DNA of 64,000 nucleotides from Tubulanus polymorphus (GCF_964204645.1 NC_134025.1:28252299-28316298); one strand, 5' to 3'; positions 29,101 to 42,217 are shown, counted from the first letter of the stretch. A program made the numbers and translations. The notes: generated from the letters alone by a model not told the origin.

Positions 29101-32100
29101 GCGCAAATAATCCCAAATATATTCATTGATCTCACGAAGACAAATTTAAAGAAGGTACAAATTGTGAAGCAGTCCCATAAAGTACATACGTAAAAGTAGG
29201 TTGGAATATCTACAATAAATCCTCGTTCTGGAGACAGATTATTTCATAAATTTCACCATGACCCTAGAAACTTCGTCTCCAGAGGAAACAATCATCAAAC
29301 TGTAATTCGATTTTCGAAATAGTGAGACATTTGAGAAAAGTTTGACAACCATAAAATCAACCACGCACGCGTGATCAAATAACTTTTGATCAAATAATGA
29401 ATACTTTTAGCGTTACGTTCTACATCTATTCATATCATAAATAAGAAGACACGTTAGCAATAATGCTTGCTTTAATGTCTTTACAAATTTTATCTCTTTC
29501 GCGATAAACTTGAGATTATTAGATTTATTGCCACCCGAACGTGTCACCTTAATTGACCATGCGCTTAGTTAGTTTTATTTACCCGGCAAGACTCGAAAAG
29601 ACATTACGCCTCGATCGATGTATTCCCGGTAATAAATCGTTGATCGTCGCACGAATTTAGTCGAAAAAACTCAGTTGAAACCGTCGACATGTTGTTTCTT
29701 ATGCACATTAGAGAAAATAAACGGCAAGCTGGGGTGATGAACCGAGCATGAATCTTTCATATCAAACGCCGCTTTTAATAAGAAGATGCCTTTCTTTATT
29801 AAGCCGTATATCAAATTCTGGAAACCGATTCAACAGAATAAGATGCATCGATTCAAAATAAGTTTATCAAACTCGTTCGTTCGTCTATTTGAAATGTAGA
29901 GCATTCTTAGTTTATTATGTTATCATAGTATGATTTATTCTGTACTTTATCATTGCTAGTACTTATATCATTTTCAGGTACTTTGCTGAGTTTGGTTACT
30001 GTAGTTACGCTCCGCAAGTTCGTTATTGCGAGCCTAAAAACGACGGTATAAGTTCCACGCAAGATCTACTCGATTCACCGCTTCACAGAAGCTGTATCTG
30101 GATAGTGGCTATTCTGACATGTACCGGAAACATATTCGTATTCATCGGTAGAATTATCGCCAAAGATGAGAATCCAGCTCAATCACTTTACGTTAAGAAC
30201 CTTTGCGGTATGTCTTTGAAATAAGCCCTTATTTTCTAACTCGTAAATCAAGTCTAAATATGATTAACCATCCTTCGTATTGCACCACGACAGAACATCA
30301 GAGGCAGATATTTATCAATGCAACCGATTTTACTGCAGAATTATGCCGATAATTCAGTTTATTCATAAAATTTTAGTTCAGCTAGCTCTTTTCTTCGCTT
30401 ATTCATCTACAGCGGTGGAAGTGCCTAAAGTATCTAATGTATTGTAATCCCGGCTACAAATAGCCATTAATTGATGGTTTCAGCTTTAGTTATCTATAAG
30501 CATTTGTATTTGTATGGTTTGTTACTTCGCACGGCTTATAAACGGCCAAAACCAATTCATAGCCGTTTTATTAAGAGAATCTAATAAAAACCCTGTGTAT
30601 TGGTGTCCAACTGCGTGAGGTATTTACAGAATGTTGGGCACATTGTAGAGAGAGAGACAGAGAGAAAAAGAAAGGTAGCCCGATCTTTCCAAAACAGCTT
30701 CAAAAGTCAGACGAAGAGGTTCTATACGGCATACATTCGGAACGAACCGACCTAATACTAAATGGCTTGACGTGTGGAGGCTTTTTCTGCTGTCTTCAAA
30801 CTTAATATTCAAATGATTAAAGGCATCTCGAAGTATCACGAAGGCTTTGTCTACACGCAATTTTTCTTCGCTACAATCAATGTTCCGTGATGAGGACTTT
30901 GTCGCACTGCTGATAAAGCTAGGAAAAAACCGAAATAGCGCGTGGAACTCAGTAAACACGTTAGGGATGTTTTTTGCATCATGCGCGCGAGTGACTAGAC
31001 AATATGCAGATATTAGATTGCCGATATTGTTATTACATTGCCTGACCGAAAATCTGAAATTTTAGCATTCCTTGGGCAAGAACAGCAGTGTTCATTTGAT
31101 TGATTTCGTGTCGCAAATGATGCACTGACCCGAACTGTCTTAGAGCTTGGAGTAACTCTTAGCTTATAGCTACACGCAAGGGGCGTAACGTTACAATTAA
31201 CTGACCTCTAATTCACTTTTCATCGCAATCTATCGATTCATTAGAATTGATCGGGATATGAATGATAGTTTTATGGTTTGGTCGCTAGTGATCGCAATGC
31301 AATCGTCTTTTGCCGTATTGTACATTACGTGTGGCGCAGAGCTATCTGAAACGAATGAATGAACTTACTCCACTCACCGAATCGACTATAAACTCCCAGT
31401 GAGATGATTAGCGGGTCAATAGAAATTTACATCTTATCCCTTTCTATCACTGATCATACATGTCTAAAGCACATTCCGATAACATATTCTACATTTGGGA
31501 CCTATATATGTCAGAATCAGATCGGTTTCAGTACTATTTGGCAGCGGTAAATCATTATTTATAATACCATACAGCAATCAACTCTCGTCTATCGGCTTTC
31601 GCGAGAGGATGACTATAAAATCCAGTTTGAAGGAGATGAATTGATGATATATCATACAGTGCTGATGATATATAAATGTACAATTTACCAATTAATGAAA
31701 ACTTCAAAATACACATAATTTTGACATGTGTATCGATGTCATTGTAAATCTGATAGATTTAATAAAAATAAATCGATGAAACTAAACGTATTTTATCTAA
31801 ATAATGATGATTACGAAATGTGATTTATTCGAACTCATTGCGTTTTGTGACATATTAGATTCAAAAAGCTTATTCTATTTTCACACATGAGTATCATAAG
31901 TCTAATATAATGATAACTAATACGCTTATAACAGGCTCTAATTATCCTATAATTGATATGGGTAGTGAATTAAACCATCGATCATGTATAGACTAGAGAC
32001 AAGGGAACAGTTCGAGATGCACGATATTTGTCAGTGTCACCGAGAATCTACTAAAAATACCAGTACAAAAACTAACGAAATGTCTCGCCTATTAGGAGAT

Positions 32101-34283
32101 CTTTTAGCACCGAGGAAGATTATTCCGTCATACTTCCTCTTCCAATTAGTATTAATTGTAATCTATTTTTATCTGGAGACAATTAAGCGCATAGTGGCAG
32201 TGATCGATCAGGACCGGATGTGTTCCCCTCCCAAAAAGTCGAACTACGTATATACGTACTCAGTAGTTGTAGATACAAAACAAAATACGTAAAGCTTTTG
32301 AGACAACGCAAACGTTGAGAAAGAATTTAGTGCTGAGATTTTGCTTTTTTCGTTTTTCAGCGTCCGATTTGTTGATAGGAGTGTATTTGATATTAATTGG
32401 CGCGCATGATGTCAAATTCCGTAGTGAATACAACCGCCATGCCCGAAAATGGTTAACCAGTTGGACTTGCGAAGTAACCGGGTTTTTGGCCACATTTCCT
32501 TATCAGGTATCATTACTTATACTAACTTGTATGGCCGTTGAGCGCTACCTTAGAATAACTTTTCCGTATTCGACTATCGGGGAATGTCGACATCGTTATC
32601 TCGTACTGACTTTACTATGGATCATCGGAATAACGTTCGCTTCAATTCCGTTTATATCTAAAGACTTATTCGGTAATTTCTACGGTAGAAATGGCATGTG
32701 TTTACCATTAACGAATCATGGACAATCGCAGTATGGCTGGTGGTATTCGTCTTTTTTGTTTTTTGGTATAAATGTCGGAGGCATGGTTGTGTTGATATGG
32801 TGTTATATAGGTATGTTTATAAGTATAAAGAGGACCAGGGAAGGAGCTCGTGCAGATCAAACTGGAGAGCTAGCTGTTGCTATGAGATTTTCACTTATAG
32901 TCGTCACCAATCTGATTTGTGGTATTCCAATTGCAACTGTGAATGCTTTGGCGATCCTAGGAACTAACATACCAGGTAATTATATTACCAAAGCCTAGAC
33001 GCAAAAAATAAAAAAAAAATAATATCATTTTGCTCTTCTTTCGTCTAGACTTTGGCGACTGATCTTGTGGTTATGATTTACCATGCTAAAAAATCTTATG
33101 TCTTCGTGTTCAAAATACCTTTGATAGAATTAGATACAAAATTTTGCACCGAAAATCTGCGATGAGTTTGGTTTCTAGGTAATATCTGATTATCATCTGT
33201 TCATTTGCATAAATCGTGGATCAAACTGTGAAAGAGTCGCTATTGATGGATGCGTTAAGCAACCTTGATCATATTCATACAGATCCTATCACACTCCATG
33301 AGCCATTGCCAACTAGTTAAAATGTTGCAATTGTTAATACATCAATAAACTTAAATATCAGATGGAATCCATCAGTTTTCACGGCAATAATCACGACATA
33401 ATACGTGAGTGGTTGACGGTGACTACTCCAGACGATGATGATATGTTAGGTTCATGGGTCGCATCATCAATATCGTTTAAAAAGGCTTAAAATGACGGCT
33501 TGCGACTTGTATTGGAGACCATCAATCATTGGGTAATCCTAGTAGAACAAGTACCAGCCGGTAAAATCATACCACGAGACTGACAACCCGGGTTCAATGT
33601 CACCTTACCTACAAAACCACGTACACACAAACATACTTATCTTCTTCAACTGGACCGCATAAAAACCGTTGACAAGATTAATCATGGAGGCTGAAAATAA
33701 CCACCAGTTCCGTTCAATGGGGTTTTTTTAGAAATAAACGATGAGCGTCGATCAAAAGATCCGATGGCAGTTTAATGAATATGATTTTTATTCTTTATTT
33801 TCAGCGAACGTTTTGGCGCTAATAATAGTGTTTTTCCTTCCAATCAACTGCGCAATCAATCCAATATTATACTCGGTATCTACTGTAGCCTTTAGGAAAC
33901 ATCTTATGAAGATTGTTTCTAAAAAGCGACATCGAAAAAGAAAATCAAGGTAATTGCATCACAGGTTTAGTTGATTTTATTCAGTTATCGCGTGTGTCTC
34001 ATCGTTTTACACGTGGTTAATTCTGTGTAGAATGAAATAGAATTTTAGTGACATCCACGCGAACATATCGACGACAGTCGCTGCTGTCAGATTTTTAAGG
34101 GCGTCACTTCTCTCTCTATCTCTTTCAATGCTAGTCTTTGAGTACCGGTAAATTTTTATGTCTTCCAGAGCAGAAAGTAGCACGAGCGTGCGTGCTACCC
34201 ATCATTCCGTCCTGGTCGATCGAATTGCCGAAAGGTGTCGACAACAAGACGGATTATCCGCCAACCAGCGATTCTTAGCTTAG
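18580..34283 (+). CDS. Relaxin-receptor-like (RXFP/LGR type C1) GPCR: single LDLa, linker, LRRNT, 8 single-LRR exons, 7TM; first coding exon(s) not located with certainty
   Basis: Phase-compatible GT-AG exons: 18580-18729 (LDLa), 21067-21189, 21967-22075 ([19 protein letters not shown]), LRR exons 22710-22781, 22875-22946, 23848-23916, 24612-24683, 25287-25358, 25775-25846, 27604-27675, 28347-28418, then 29978-30207 ([29 protein letters not shown]-type hinge), 32361-32975 (ERY), 33805-33949 ([12 protein letters not shown]) and a tentative last exon 34169-34283. Confidence 0.9.
19763..20118. repeat. Compound tetranucleotide microsatellite (GATA/GATG/CATA/AATA) in an RXFP-like intron
   Basis: Direct reading: runs of ATGGATAG, ATGCATAG and GATA over ~350 bp. 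Confidence 0.97.
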
Positions 34284-36064
34284 AAAAACACGACGAGATC
34301 CTTCCGTGGATAGTGTAACCGAGAATGATGTTCAAACGAGAATAAAACAAATAGTCTCGAAAAAGACGAAGAAAATATGAGCTCCGCGAAGAAAACAAAC
34401 TAGCGTGTTTTGACAGTTCGTTGCAGGTCATTTTATGACATTTATTTGCTCGACTAGATTTTTTCAATGAATTAGTTCATGAAGATAAACACGGGTGAAC
34501 ACGGAAAGTTGATTCCTGACCAGGAGTCGGGAAAAGTAAAAGAACTAAATCAAATGTCAGGTGAAGAAGTTTTTGACTTGTATCGTGTGATGAAATAGTT
34601 GTCTGTGGTTTAGTTTCACGATCGGATATTTTCGAAATAAACCCAAAGCATCCGATTAAAAAAAGCTACCACCAACGATTCGGTAACTAACCGGGTTACC
34701 TGAACTTAGTACATTCCAAACGTGAATCGGTTGGCTGTAGCTTAAGTGATTTACTGGTTCACTTTTATTCAGAAATCTAAAAGAATTAATTTGTAGTCGC
34801 ATTTTGGTACCTTCTATTTGTGAAATTGGCGAATAAGAAGGTAAACGTGGTATATACAAAGTTGTTCATTAAAAGGTCAATCGCTCATCAACTCTTCTAA
34901 TGAACTCCGTGTTTCTATAGATACTTGTTTATATAAATTATCTCATTGTTTCTACAATAAAGTGTTGATTATCACAGAAATGTTGTTTTTGTTGCCTAAA
35001 CGACCAAAAGAAACCGTACTATCGGTTCGGCAAATTATCAGGTGTGTTGATGATAAATAACCGGTCAGCCAGTAGCGTGAGGATGACGGATCGCTGTTCT
35101 CTGGTTCGAACAATAGTAATGAGCAACATGCTGCTCGCACTTCATCCAGCTATACAATCTGCTACTACACAAGCCGAAACTTTTTTACAACCTTTTCATG
35201 CAACGTCTCTAGAACCAAATAGAAAAGCTCCAAAGAAACAAATAAAAAAGAAATTTGCTTGTTTATATATAAGTATCCTACAGTATCCACAAAAAACATC
35301 ACGAAAACCCCATGTGTAATGTGTACTATAGGACTATTTACCGATGAATATTTCGATTCTCAAAGTAAAAAAGATAATACATTTATAATCAACACAGTAC
35401 TTGAAGGAAACAACACGGGGCTTGAAACGACACGGTGCACCAAAGAAACGACAAGGCACTTGAAAGAAACACCTGTATGACAACATTTCATTTGAAATGC
35501 GCACTAGTCAAAAAACGTGATAATCCTTGGATTTGAAAAAGCCAAAATCAGAAAATTAACCACGAACATACTATTTCTGAATATAATAAAATAGTCATGT
35601 TTCACAACACGAAACATTATTTTTTATTTTTTAATCGAATTTTCTTTACGGTAAAATTAATAATGTACACAGTACAAAGGTTCTTTTATCAACAAACAAC
35701 TACCAGATATTAGAAATACATAGAGATAAATGAAATGTACGTTTAACGAATTAAATATTTCCATTTGACAAAATCTTTCACACTTTCACTGGCACAAAGT
35801 TTTCATAGTGGATTTGCGTAGTTTTCGTATAAAATATCGCGGATCATAAATGCTGCGAAGATTTTTATTTCTCTTAAAATCAATGTTCACCGAAAAAACA
35901 CAAGTACAATGTCGGTCAATCATCGCTTTTATCATAGATGTCATAATCGCGTCCGAACTCTTTTCCGCCAGAGCTACTACAAAACAGAAGACCGAACAAA
36001 AATATGAGAACCGTTATTTGATAAAAGATGAATTGCACAAATAAGGAGATCTCTGAAAAAGTAT

Positions 36065-37552
36065 TTACCTAAATTTTAAGTCTCCTTTCCGGCGCTGTAA
36101 AGAGGATTGCTGTTTTAAAGCCTGAAATAAATGATAGAATTATCAGAAACGGTCTGTTACTGTTTAGAAGCTAATTTAGATCGTTTCGTTTATCGTGCAT
36201 ATGAAAGTCACCTTTTTTATAGCTGTCCAATCTTCTATAATATCCATATCCTTTAATAAGTAGACAATATATGGACGTGAAACTTAAGTTAAGGTTCATA
36301 TGAAATAAGTAGATGACACTTGAATCGAAAAACGTGATTATCGCATAAAAGGATATCAGAAACAGTAACCGGTTTCCTGCGTCTATCAGGATTCATTGGA
36401 TCGTGTTTCTTTCTAGTTTTCTTCATATTTTGAGATTCATTCCATAAATCTGAAAATATATATATATATTTAAATATATAGATATTTCCACTCTATTCAA
36501 GACCGAGCATTTTCAAGCGGAAATTATGCATCGAAGTAGATATAGACCTGATGAAATATCGATATTGTGTCGATCTTCTTCCAGTCGTCTGATTTTATCC
36601 TCTAGATCAGTTTTAATACTGTCGTACAAAAGATTTTTCTCGCTCTACAAAAATAGAGAAACGATTAGCGGTTTTTGAAAGTGACCAGAAGTGAGCAGAA
36701 AAATTGCATGATGAAAAGAAACAAACCTCATAGTTCTGACGAGTCGCTTGATTTTCACATTCATAGTTATTTCTAATATTGACCAATTTCAGCTTTTTCA
36801 AAATACCTGAAAGCACATAAAAATCAATCAGTAATTCAACAAACTAAAACCTTCTTAAAAGAATTGATGAAAAATGAACTGAATCAATTACCTGCCACTT
36901 GTGTTCGAGTTTTCATATTATCTTGTAACATTGCCAATGGACCCAGATATTCAGGAGCTCTACCGGCCCTAACTTCTTCTAGTTTAGCTTCTATTTGAAA
37001 TAATCGTTCTCTATAAAGCCTGTAAATGATTGATTAATTGATCCATTAAATTCAATAATCAATGCTTTACTTTTAATTACTATAACTTCAAATAAACACA
37101 AATTTTTTACTTAATTATCCTAGGTACCATATAAGAAAAAGACCATGTTTCTTGTATTTACTTAATCAGTTAATGGTACCTTAGGCGGAAACTGGAAAGG
37201 GAAAGTAAAAAAGGTGTCTCCCGAAAACTAAGTGTCATCAATCAGTTATTACGAAAAACTCACTGTTCTCGGAGATCAACGAACTGACGTTCAAGATCCG
37301 ACATATCATCGACGCAATCATTTCGTCTGATTTCGCATTCCTCTTCGTTAAGTTCTAAAACCGAACGGCAACAAATAATTGTATAGTAAGTATTTAAACG
37401 GAAGTTGTACAGACTATGAAAGATTACGAACCAGAGCTCTCTCCTTCCGATCCTGAGCTATCCATATCATCATCGTCACTTTTTTCACTGTCTGGAGTAT
37501 CCTGGTCCATATCTTCATCGTCTGACTCGTTTTTACTGTCCATTGTAGGCAT
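36065..37552 (-). CDS. BRMS1: Breast cancer metastasis suppressor 1 / BRMS1-like (Sds3 family, Sin3-HDAC subunit), 8 exons
   Basis: Exons 37552-37432, 37354-37264, 37019-36892, 36806-36727, 36644-36548, 36449-36357, 36276-36212, 36121-36065. They encode [41 protein letters not shown] and [24 protein letters not shown]. Confidence 0.93.
36277..36356 (-). other. U12-type (minor spliceosome) AT-AC intron in BRMS1
   Basis: 5' site ATATCCTTTT, branch site AACCTTAAC about 12 nt before the terminal AC; removal restores the conserved VSG-PYIVY motif in frame. Confidence 0.92.
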
Positions 37553-38045
37553 TTTAAGACGAATCAATCACTTTTAAGCCACTTTACAAAACGTAAACAA
37601 CAAAATGGTTGGTACCAACTCAATGCAGGACACTAAAGCCAGGTGTGGAAAACGTTAAAATGAATATGCGATACAAGCAACGAGTTAGTTCGAATCCCGA
37701 TATTTCACTAATATCCACACACGTCAATACTGCAACATGATTAATCATAGATATGACTAAAGATGGTTCGAATCCCGTATTTTCAGAACTCCTGCGTATA
37801 ATAAAATAATTTAACAATCGAACAAATTAATAATAAATGAAACTGTATTTATTCTTCATTCATAATTCAAATGAACCAGCATTTTCCTAGCCTAAAATGG
37901 CTACATAGGCTTATATTCCCAGATTTTAGAATACAAATAAATATTACTAAATCTACGCAGATAGGAAATTCAGCTTTTTTAGCTAGCACAATGATGAATT
38001 TTATCTATCACAGTCAAAGCCCTCAACAGAGATAAATAAACAAGA

Positions 38046-39380
38046 TCAGTCCATAGTGAATATACGTGAAGCAATATCATCTACAATCCAGTCTATTCCT
38101 TTTAATAAATGCTCTCCAGTAACTGCACTACAATCCAAAATTAGCCAGTGATGTGTTTTTATTTCATCCAACTGTAGAGCCTATAGTAAAGCAAAACAGA
38201 TATCAGCAAATATTCATTAATCGATGTCATTTTGATAATGAAATAAACCTCAAAACTAACATCTCTTATTTCGGCGTCAGATAATGCTCCAGGTAGATCT
38301 TGCTTATTGGCGAATACGAGTAAAGTTGCTCCAGCCAGTCTCTGAAAAATAATCAATCATTCATAAATTATAGACTTGAGTAAAATTCTGAATAAATCAT
38401 GAATAGTATTCAAGGGCAGAAGTGGACCGGATGGACTAGTCGACGCCCTTCGCTATGTGCCTTCAAAAAGTCTGAAAACTTAAAAGGACGTGAAATAAAT
38501 CTAATCGGGATGCAAGCGCCTTTTTGTCCTAAATTTTCTGTGGGAGGGCCACCAGAAACCATTTTTCGTGCTTGGAGCCCTCGTATTGCCCTTTTCAAAT
38601 TTAGTGCCCATTCTAATTTTCACACCTACCCCCTTCTAATAATCCTACATCCACCCTTGGGGGAATAATATGTAATTTTCTACCTCTTCTAGTAATAATG
38701 TGGATAATTCCTTTTTACAATCGTCAAGGCGTCGTCTATCAGCGCTGTCTACGACCCATATCAATCCATCTGTACTTTCAAAATAATTCCTCCAGTAAGA
38801 CCGTAATGATTTCTGTCCACCGACGTCCCAAAAGTTCAATTTGAAACTATAATTTTAAAACAAAAAATGTCACTGATTGAGACGATTGTTTTGACGGATT
38901 GGAAACAGTTTTCACTTTTGACTTACCCTCGATGTTCTAATGTTTTTATATTGAAGCCTAGAGTTGGAGATATCGTGTCGATGTCTTCGCCATTAAATTT
39001 TTTCAGTATCGTAGTTTTTCCAGCATTGTCTAGACCACTTTTCAGAGAGAATTGGTCAAGAAATTTAATGAAGCCAAATACTAGGTGATATGTTAATGTT
39101 ATATTTTCATTTTGGCAATTTAATTTGACATCATCATGTCGTTTTATAATATTCATCTCCTTTGATTGTACTGAATTGGATGAAGAACTGAATTTCAATA
39201 TGCTGGTAGACCTAAATGAAAAGAATTTTAATGAAACCAAAGCCTGGCAAAAACGGTTTTTAAGATTAGTAATTTCTGCCAAAAAAAGGCAAAAATTGAT
39301 AAGCTAAAAGGATACAGCATTAGAAGCCTCATTTCTTTCTCCTTTTGCTTCATCTTCTTGAGAATTGTCAATAAACCCAT
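38046..39380 (-). CDS. ARL2: ADP-ribosylation factor-like GTPase 2, 5 exons
   Basis: Exons 39380-39316, 39037-38927, 38846-38684, 38341-38261, 38180-38046 encode [57 protein letters not shown] and [10 protein letters not shown]. Confidence 0.97.
38411..38659. mobile_element. Degenerate MITE in ARL2 intron 3
   Basis: Imperfect inverted termini CAAGGGCAGAAGTGG / CCTACATCCACCCTTG around a GC-richer insert; no target-site duplication seen. Confidence 0.45.
39038..39315 (-). other. U12-type GT-AG intron in ARL2 (intron 1)
   Basis: 5' site GTATCCTTTT, branch-like TTTCTTGAC shortly before the AG; removal joins [12 protein letters not shown] in frame. Confidence 0.85.
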
Positions 39381-39468
39381 GATTAGACTGATGATAGAAG
39401 GCTACAATCCTGTTAGAGTCGAAAAAATCCCAAAATGTTCCCAAGAAATGATAATTTTTCATCTAGGG

Positions 39469-42217
39469 CAATCTTAAGACCTGCTGCATATGGCGTCACA
39501 AGCCCCGAGGCTTGTCACGCCATATTGGGGCCTGACACGCCATGTGGTAAACGTAAAATGAAAATCAAATCCTATGCAGGAGATGAAACGTCGACTACGT
39601 CTCGCGGGTTTTTCTTCCGAAGTTGAAATATTCGGTTGGATATTAATTTGTCTTAGATGATTTACAACGTATTATATATACATAATAAGAACTACATATT
39701 ACATCGCATTTACACTAAAATGAGTTTTACAGAATAGAAATTGATCGTTGTTTGTTAATCTAATGCAGTGTACACACATTTTGAAACACAATTTAAACAA
39801 TCATATATTTCGCCAGCATATGAAAAATACAAAAACATTACATATATATCTACTGAATGAGTTTTACAGAATAAAGATTTTAATTAACTATCTTACATTA
39901 ACTTTTTATTAACTATCTTATGAATCATTCATCTATTTCACATGATTTGTTGATCAATTAGTCTTAGAAGAACATGGATAATGTTAGAAAAACATATATG
40001 GTGAGCCAGGCTCAAATCTAGTGTGATCTGCAGTCATATGGCTCCTAAAATCGCTAAGCCTTCTACATGGCGTGTCAGGCCCCAAACGGTCTGCAGAATA
40101 GCTTCAATTGAGACATGGCTTGAGAGGACCCGAAATAAATGAATAATTGTCACTAACTAACATAAATGTTCAAAGATTAATCATTCTATATGGTTTGTCA
40201 ATCATTTAGTCTTAGAAAAAAACAAAAAGCTCCTAAAATCACGCTGTCTTCTACATGGCGTGTCAGGCCCCAAATGTTCTGCAGCCAATATAGCGTGAGA
40301 GGACCCGATCGGTTTTCTATGGAAGCAATTAATTGTCACTAATCATTTCTTTAGTGTCAATTAGTTTATATATTGTCCATGATTTGATAATCACAAAGTG
40401 TTAGAAAACAAAACAAATACTGCTAGAAAAACCGCGATTTGTCTTCTATGGCGTGTCAAGCCCCGAATGTTCTGCAGCCAATATGGCGTGTCAGGCCCCA
40501 AATGGTCTGCAGAATAGCTTCAATTGAAACATGGCGTGAGAGGACCCGATCAGTTTTCCTACAAACAAATGAATAATTGTCACTAATTATCATAAATATT
40601 CAAAGATTTATCATTCTACATGGTTTGTCAATATTTAGACTTAGAAAAAAGGCAAATATTGTTTCAAAAAGCTCTTAAAATCACGCTGTCTTCTACATGG
40701 CGTGTCAAGCCCCAAACGGTCTGCAGAATAACTTCAATTGAGACATGGCGTGAGAGGACCCGATCGATTTTCCGAACAAACAAATGAATAATTGTCACTA
40801 ATTATCATAAATATTCAAAGATTTATCATTCTACATGGTTTGTTAATCATTTAGACTTAGAAAAAAGGCAAACATTGTTTCAAAAAGCTCTTAAAATCAC
40901 GCTGTCTTCTACATGGCGTGTCAAGCCCCAAACAGTCTGCAGTCAATATGGCGTGTCAGGCCCCAAACGGTCTGCAGAATAACTTCAATAAAGACATGGC
41001 GTGAGAGGACCCGATCAGTTTTCCTACAAACAAATGAATAATTGTCACTAATTATCATAAATATTCAAAGATTTATCAGTTTGTCAATCATTTAGACTTA
41101 GAAAAAAGGCAAATATTGTTTCAAAAAGCTCCTCGAATCACGCTGTCTTCTACATGGCGTGTCAGGCCCCAAATGTTCTGCAGCCAATATGGCGTGTCAG
41201 GCCCCAAACGGTCTGCAGAATAGATTCAATTGAGACATGGCGTGAGAGGACCCGAACGATTTTCCATACAAACAAATGAATAATTGTCACTAATTGTCTT
41301 AAATGTTCAAAGATTAATCCTTCTATATGATTTGTCAATTATTTAGTCTTAGAAAAAAAAGCAAGTACTGTTACAAAAAGCTCCTAAAACCACGCTGTCT
41401 CTACATGGCGTGTCAGGCCCCAAAGTGTTCTGCCGCCATATGGCGTGAGAGTACGCGATCAGTTTTCTATGGAAGCAATTAATTGTCACTAATCATATCT
41501 TTAGTTTCAATTAGTTATATATTGTTCATAATCATAAAGTCTAAGAAAAAAAACAAATACTGCTAGAAAAATCGCGATTTGCCTTTTACATGGTGTGAGA
41601 GGACCCGATCAGTTTTCCGTAGAAATAAATGAATAATTGTGACTGATTATCTTAAATTAGTACAATAATCATTAAGTCTTAGAAATAGGTTTATAAATCG
41701 TTGTTTCTATTTTGTTCCTATGTAAAAATATACAAAAATCGCTTATGTAAATGTAGCTGATGATCTCCTGATCGTCTCGCACCACAACGGAAACCTGTGA
41801 AAAACATATTCGAAGAATTTTACATAAAAATCTTTCGATATATATGCATCTGAATATAGTTATGAAGTAAAAACGGGAGATAATTTTCTTTCAAAGTGGT
41901 TGCACTGAACGGAATACTTCAAAATAACGTATAAGTACATATATTTAGACAATATTTAGTAAGTATATATTTAGACAATAAGTTAAGAAAAAATAGAAAT
42001 TTATTACACATTGATACCGGTACTTGAAATTATCTCATTCAGGTTTTACACGTCGTATCGGACTTAAAAACGTGGTCCGTTCGACGCGAACATATATCTT
42101 CGTTCCGCGTGAATTATATATAGTCTGCATTTTACTCGGGGCTTGTGACGCCATGTCAGATATGGCGTGACAAGCCCCGGGGCTTGTGACGCCATGTTCT
42201 GCTGATTCTTAAGATTG
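39469..42217. mobile_element. Non-autonomous DNA transposon / foldback-like element with imperfect TIRs and an internal tandem array
   Basis: Left end CAATCTTAAGA..ATGGCGTCACAAGCCCCG..GGCTTGTCACGCCATAT matches the reverse complement of the right end (..GGCTTGTGACGCCATG..TCTTAAGATTG). No long ORF inside. Confidence 0.75.
40040..41650 (+). repeat. Imperfect tandem array of ~210-250 bp units
   Basis: Recurrent blocks CTTCTACATGGCGTGTCA(G/A)GCCCCAAA, ATGGCGTGAGAGGACCCGATC and AATGAATAATTGTCACTAA; AGGACCCG recurs near 40541, 40755, 41006 and 41247. Confidence 0.93.

Noticed and set aside
30624-31065. Overlapping 111-aa and 72-aa ORFs in an RXFP-like intron
   Set aside because: No recognisable domain or splice context.
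40040-41650. Regularly spaced repeats superficially like a CRISPR array
   Set aside because: Inter-repeat sequences are themselves repeated, the context is eukaryotic and there are no cas genes.
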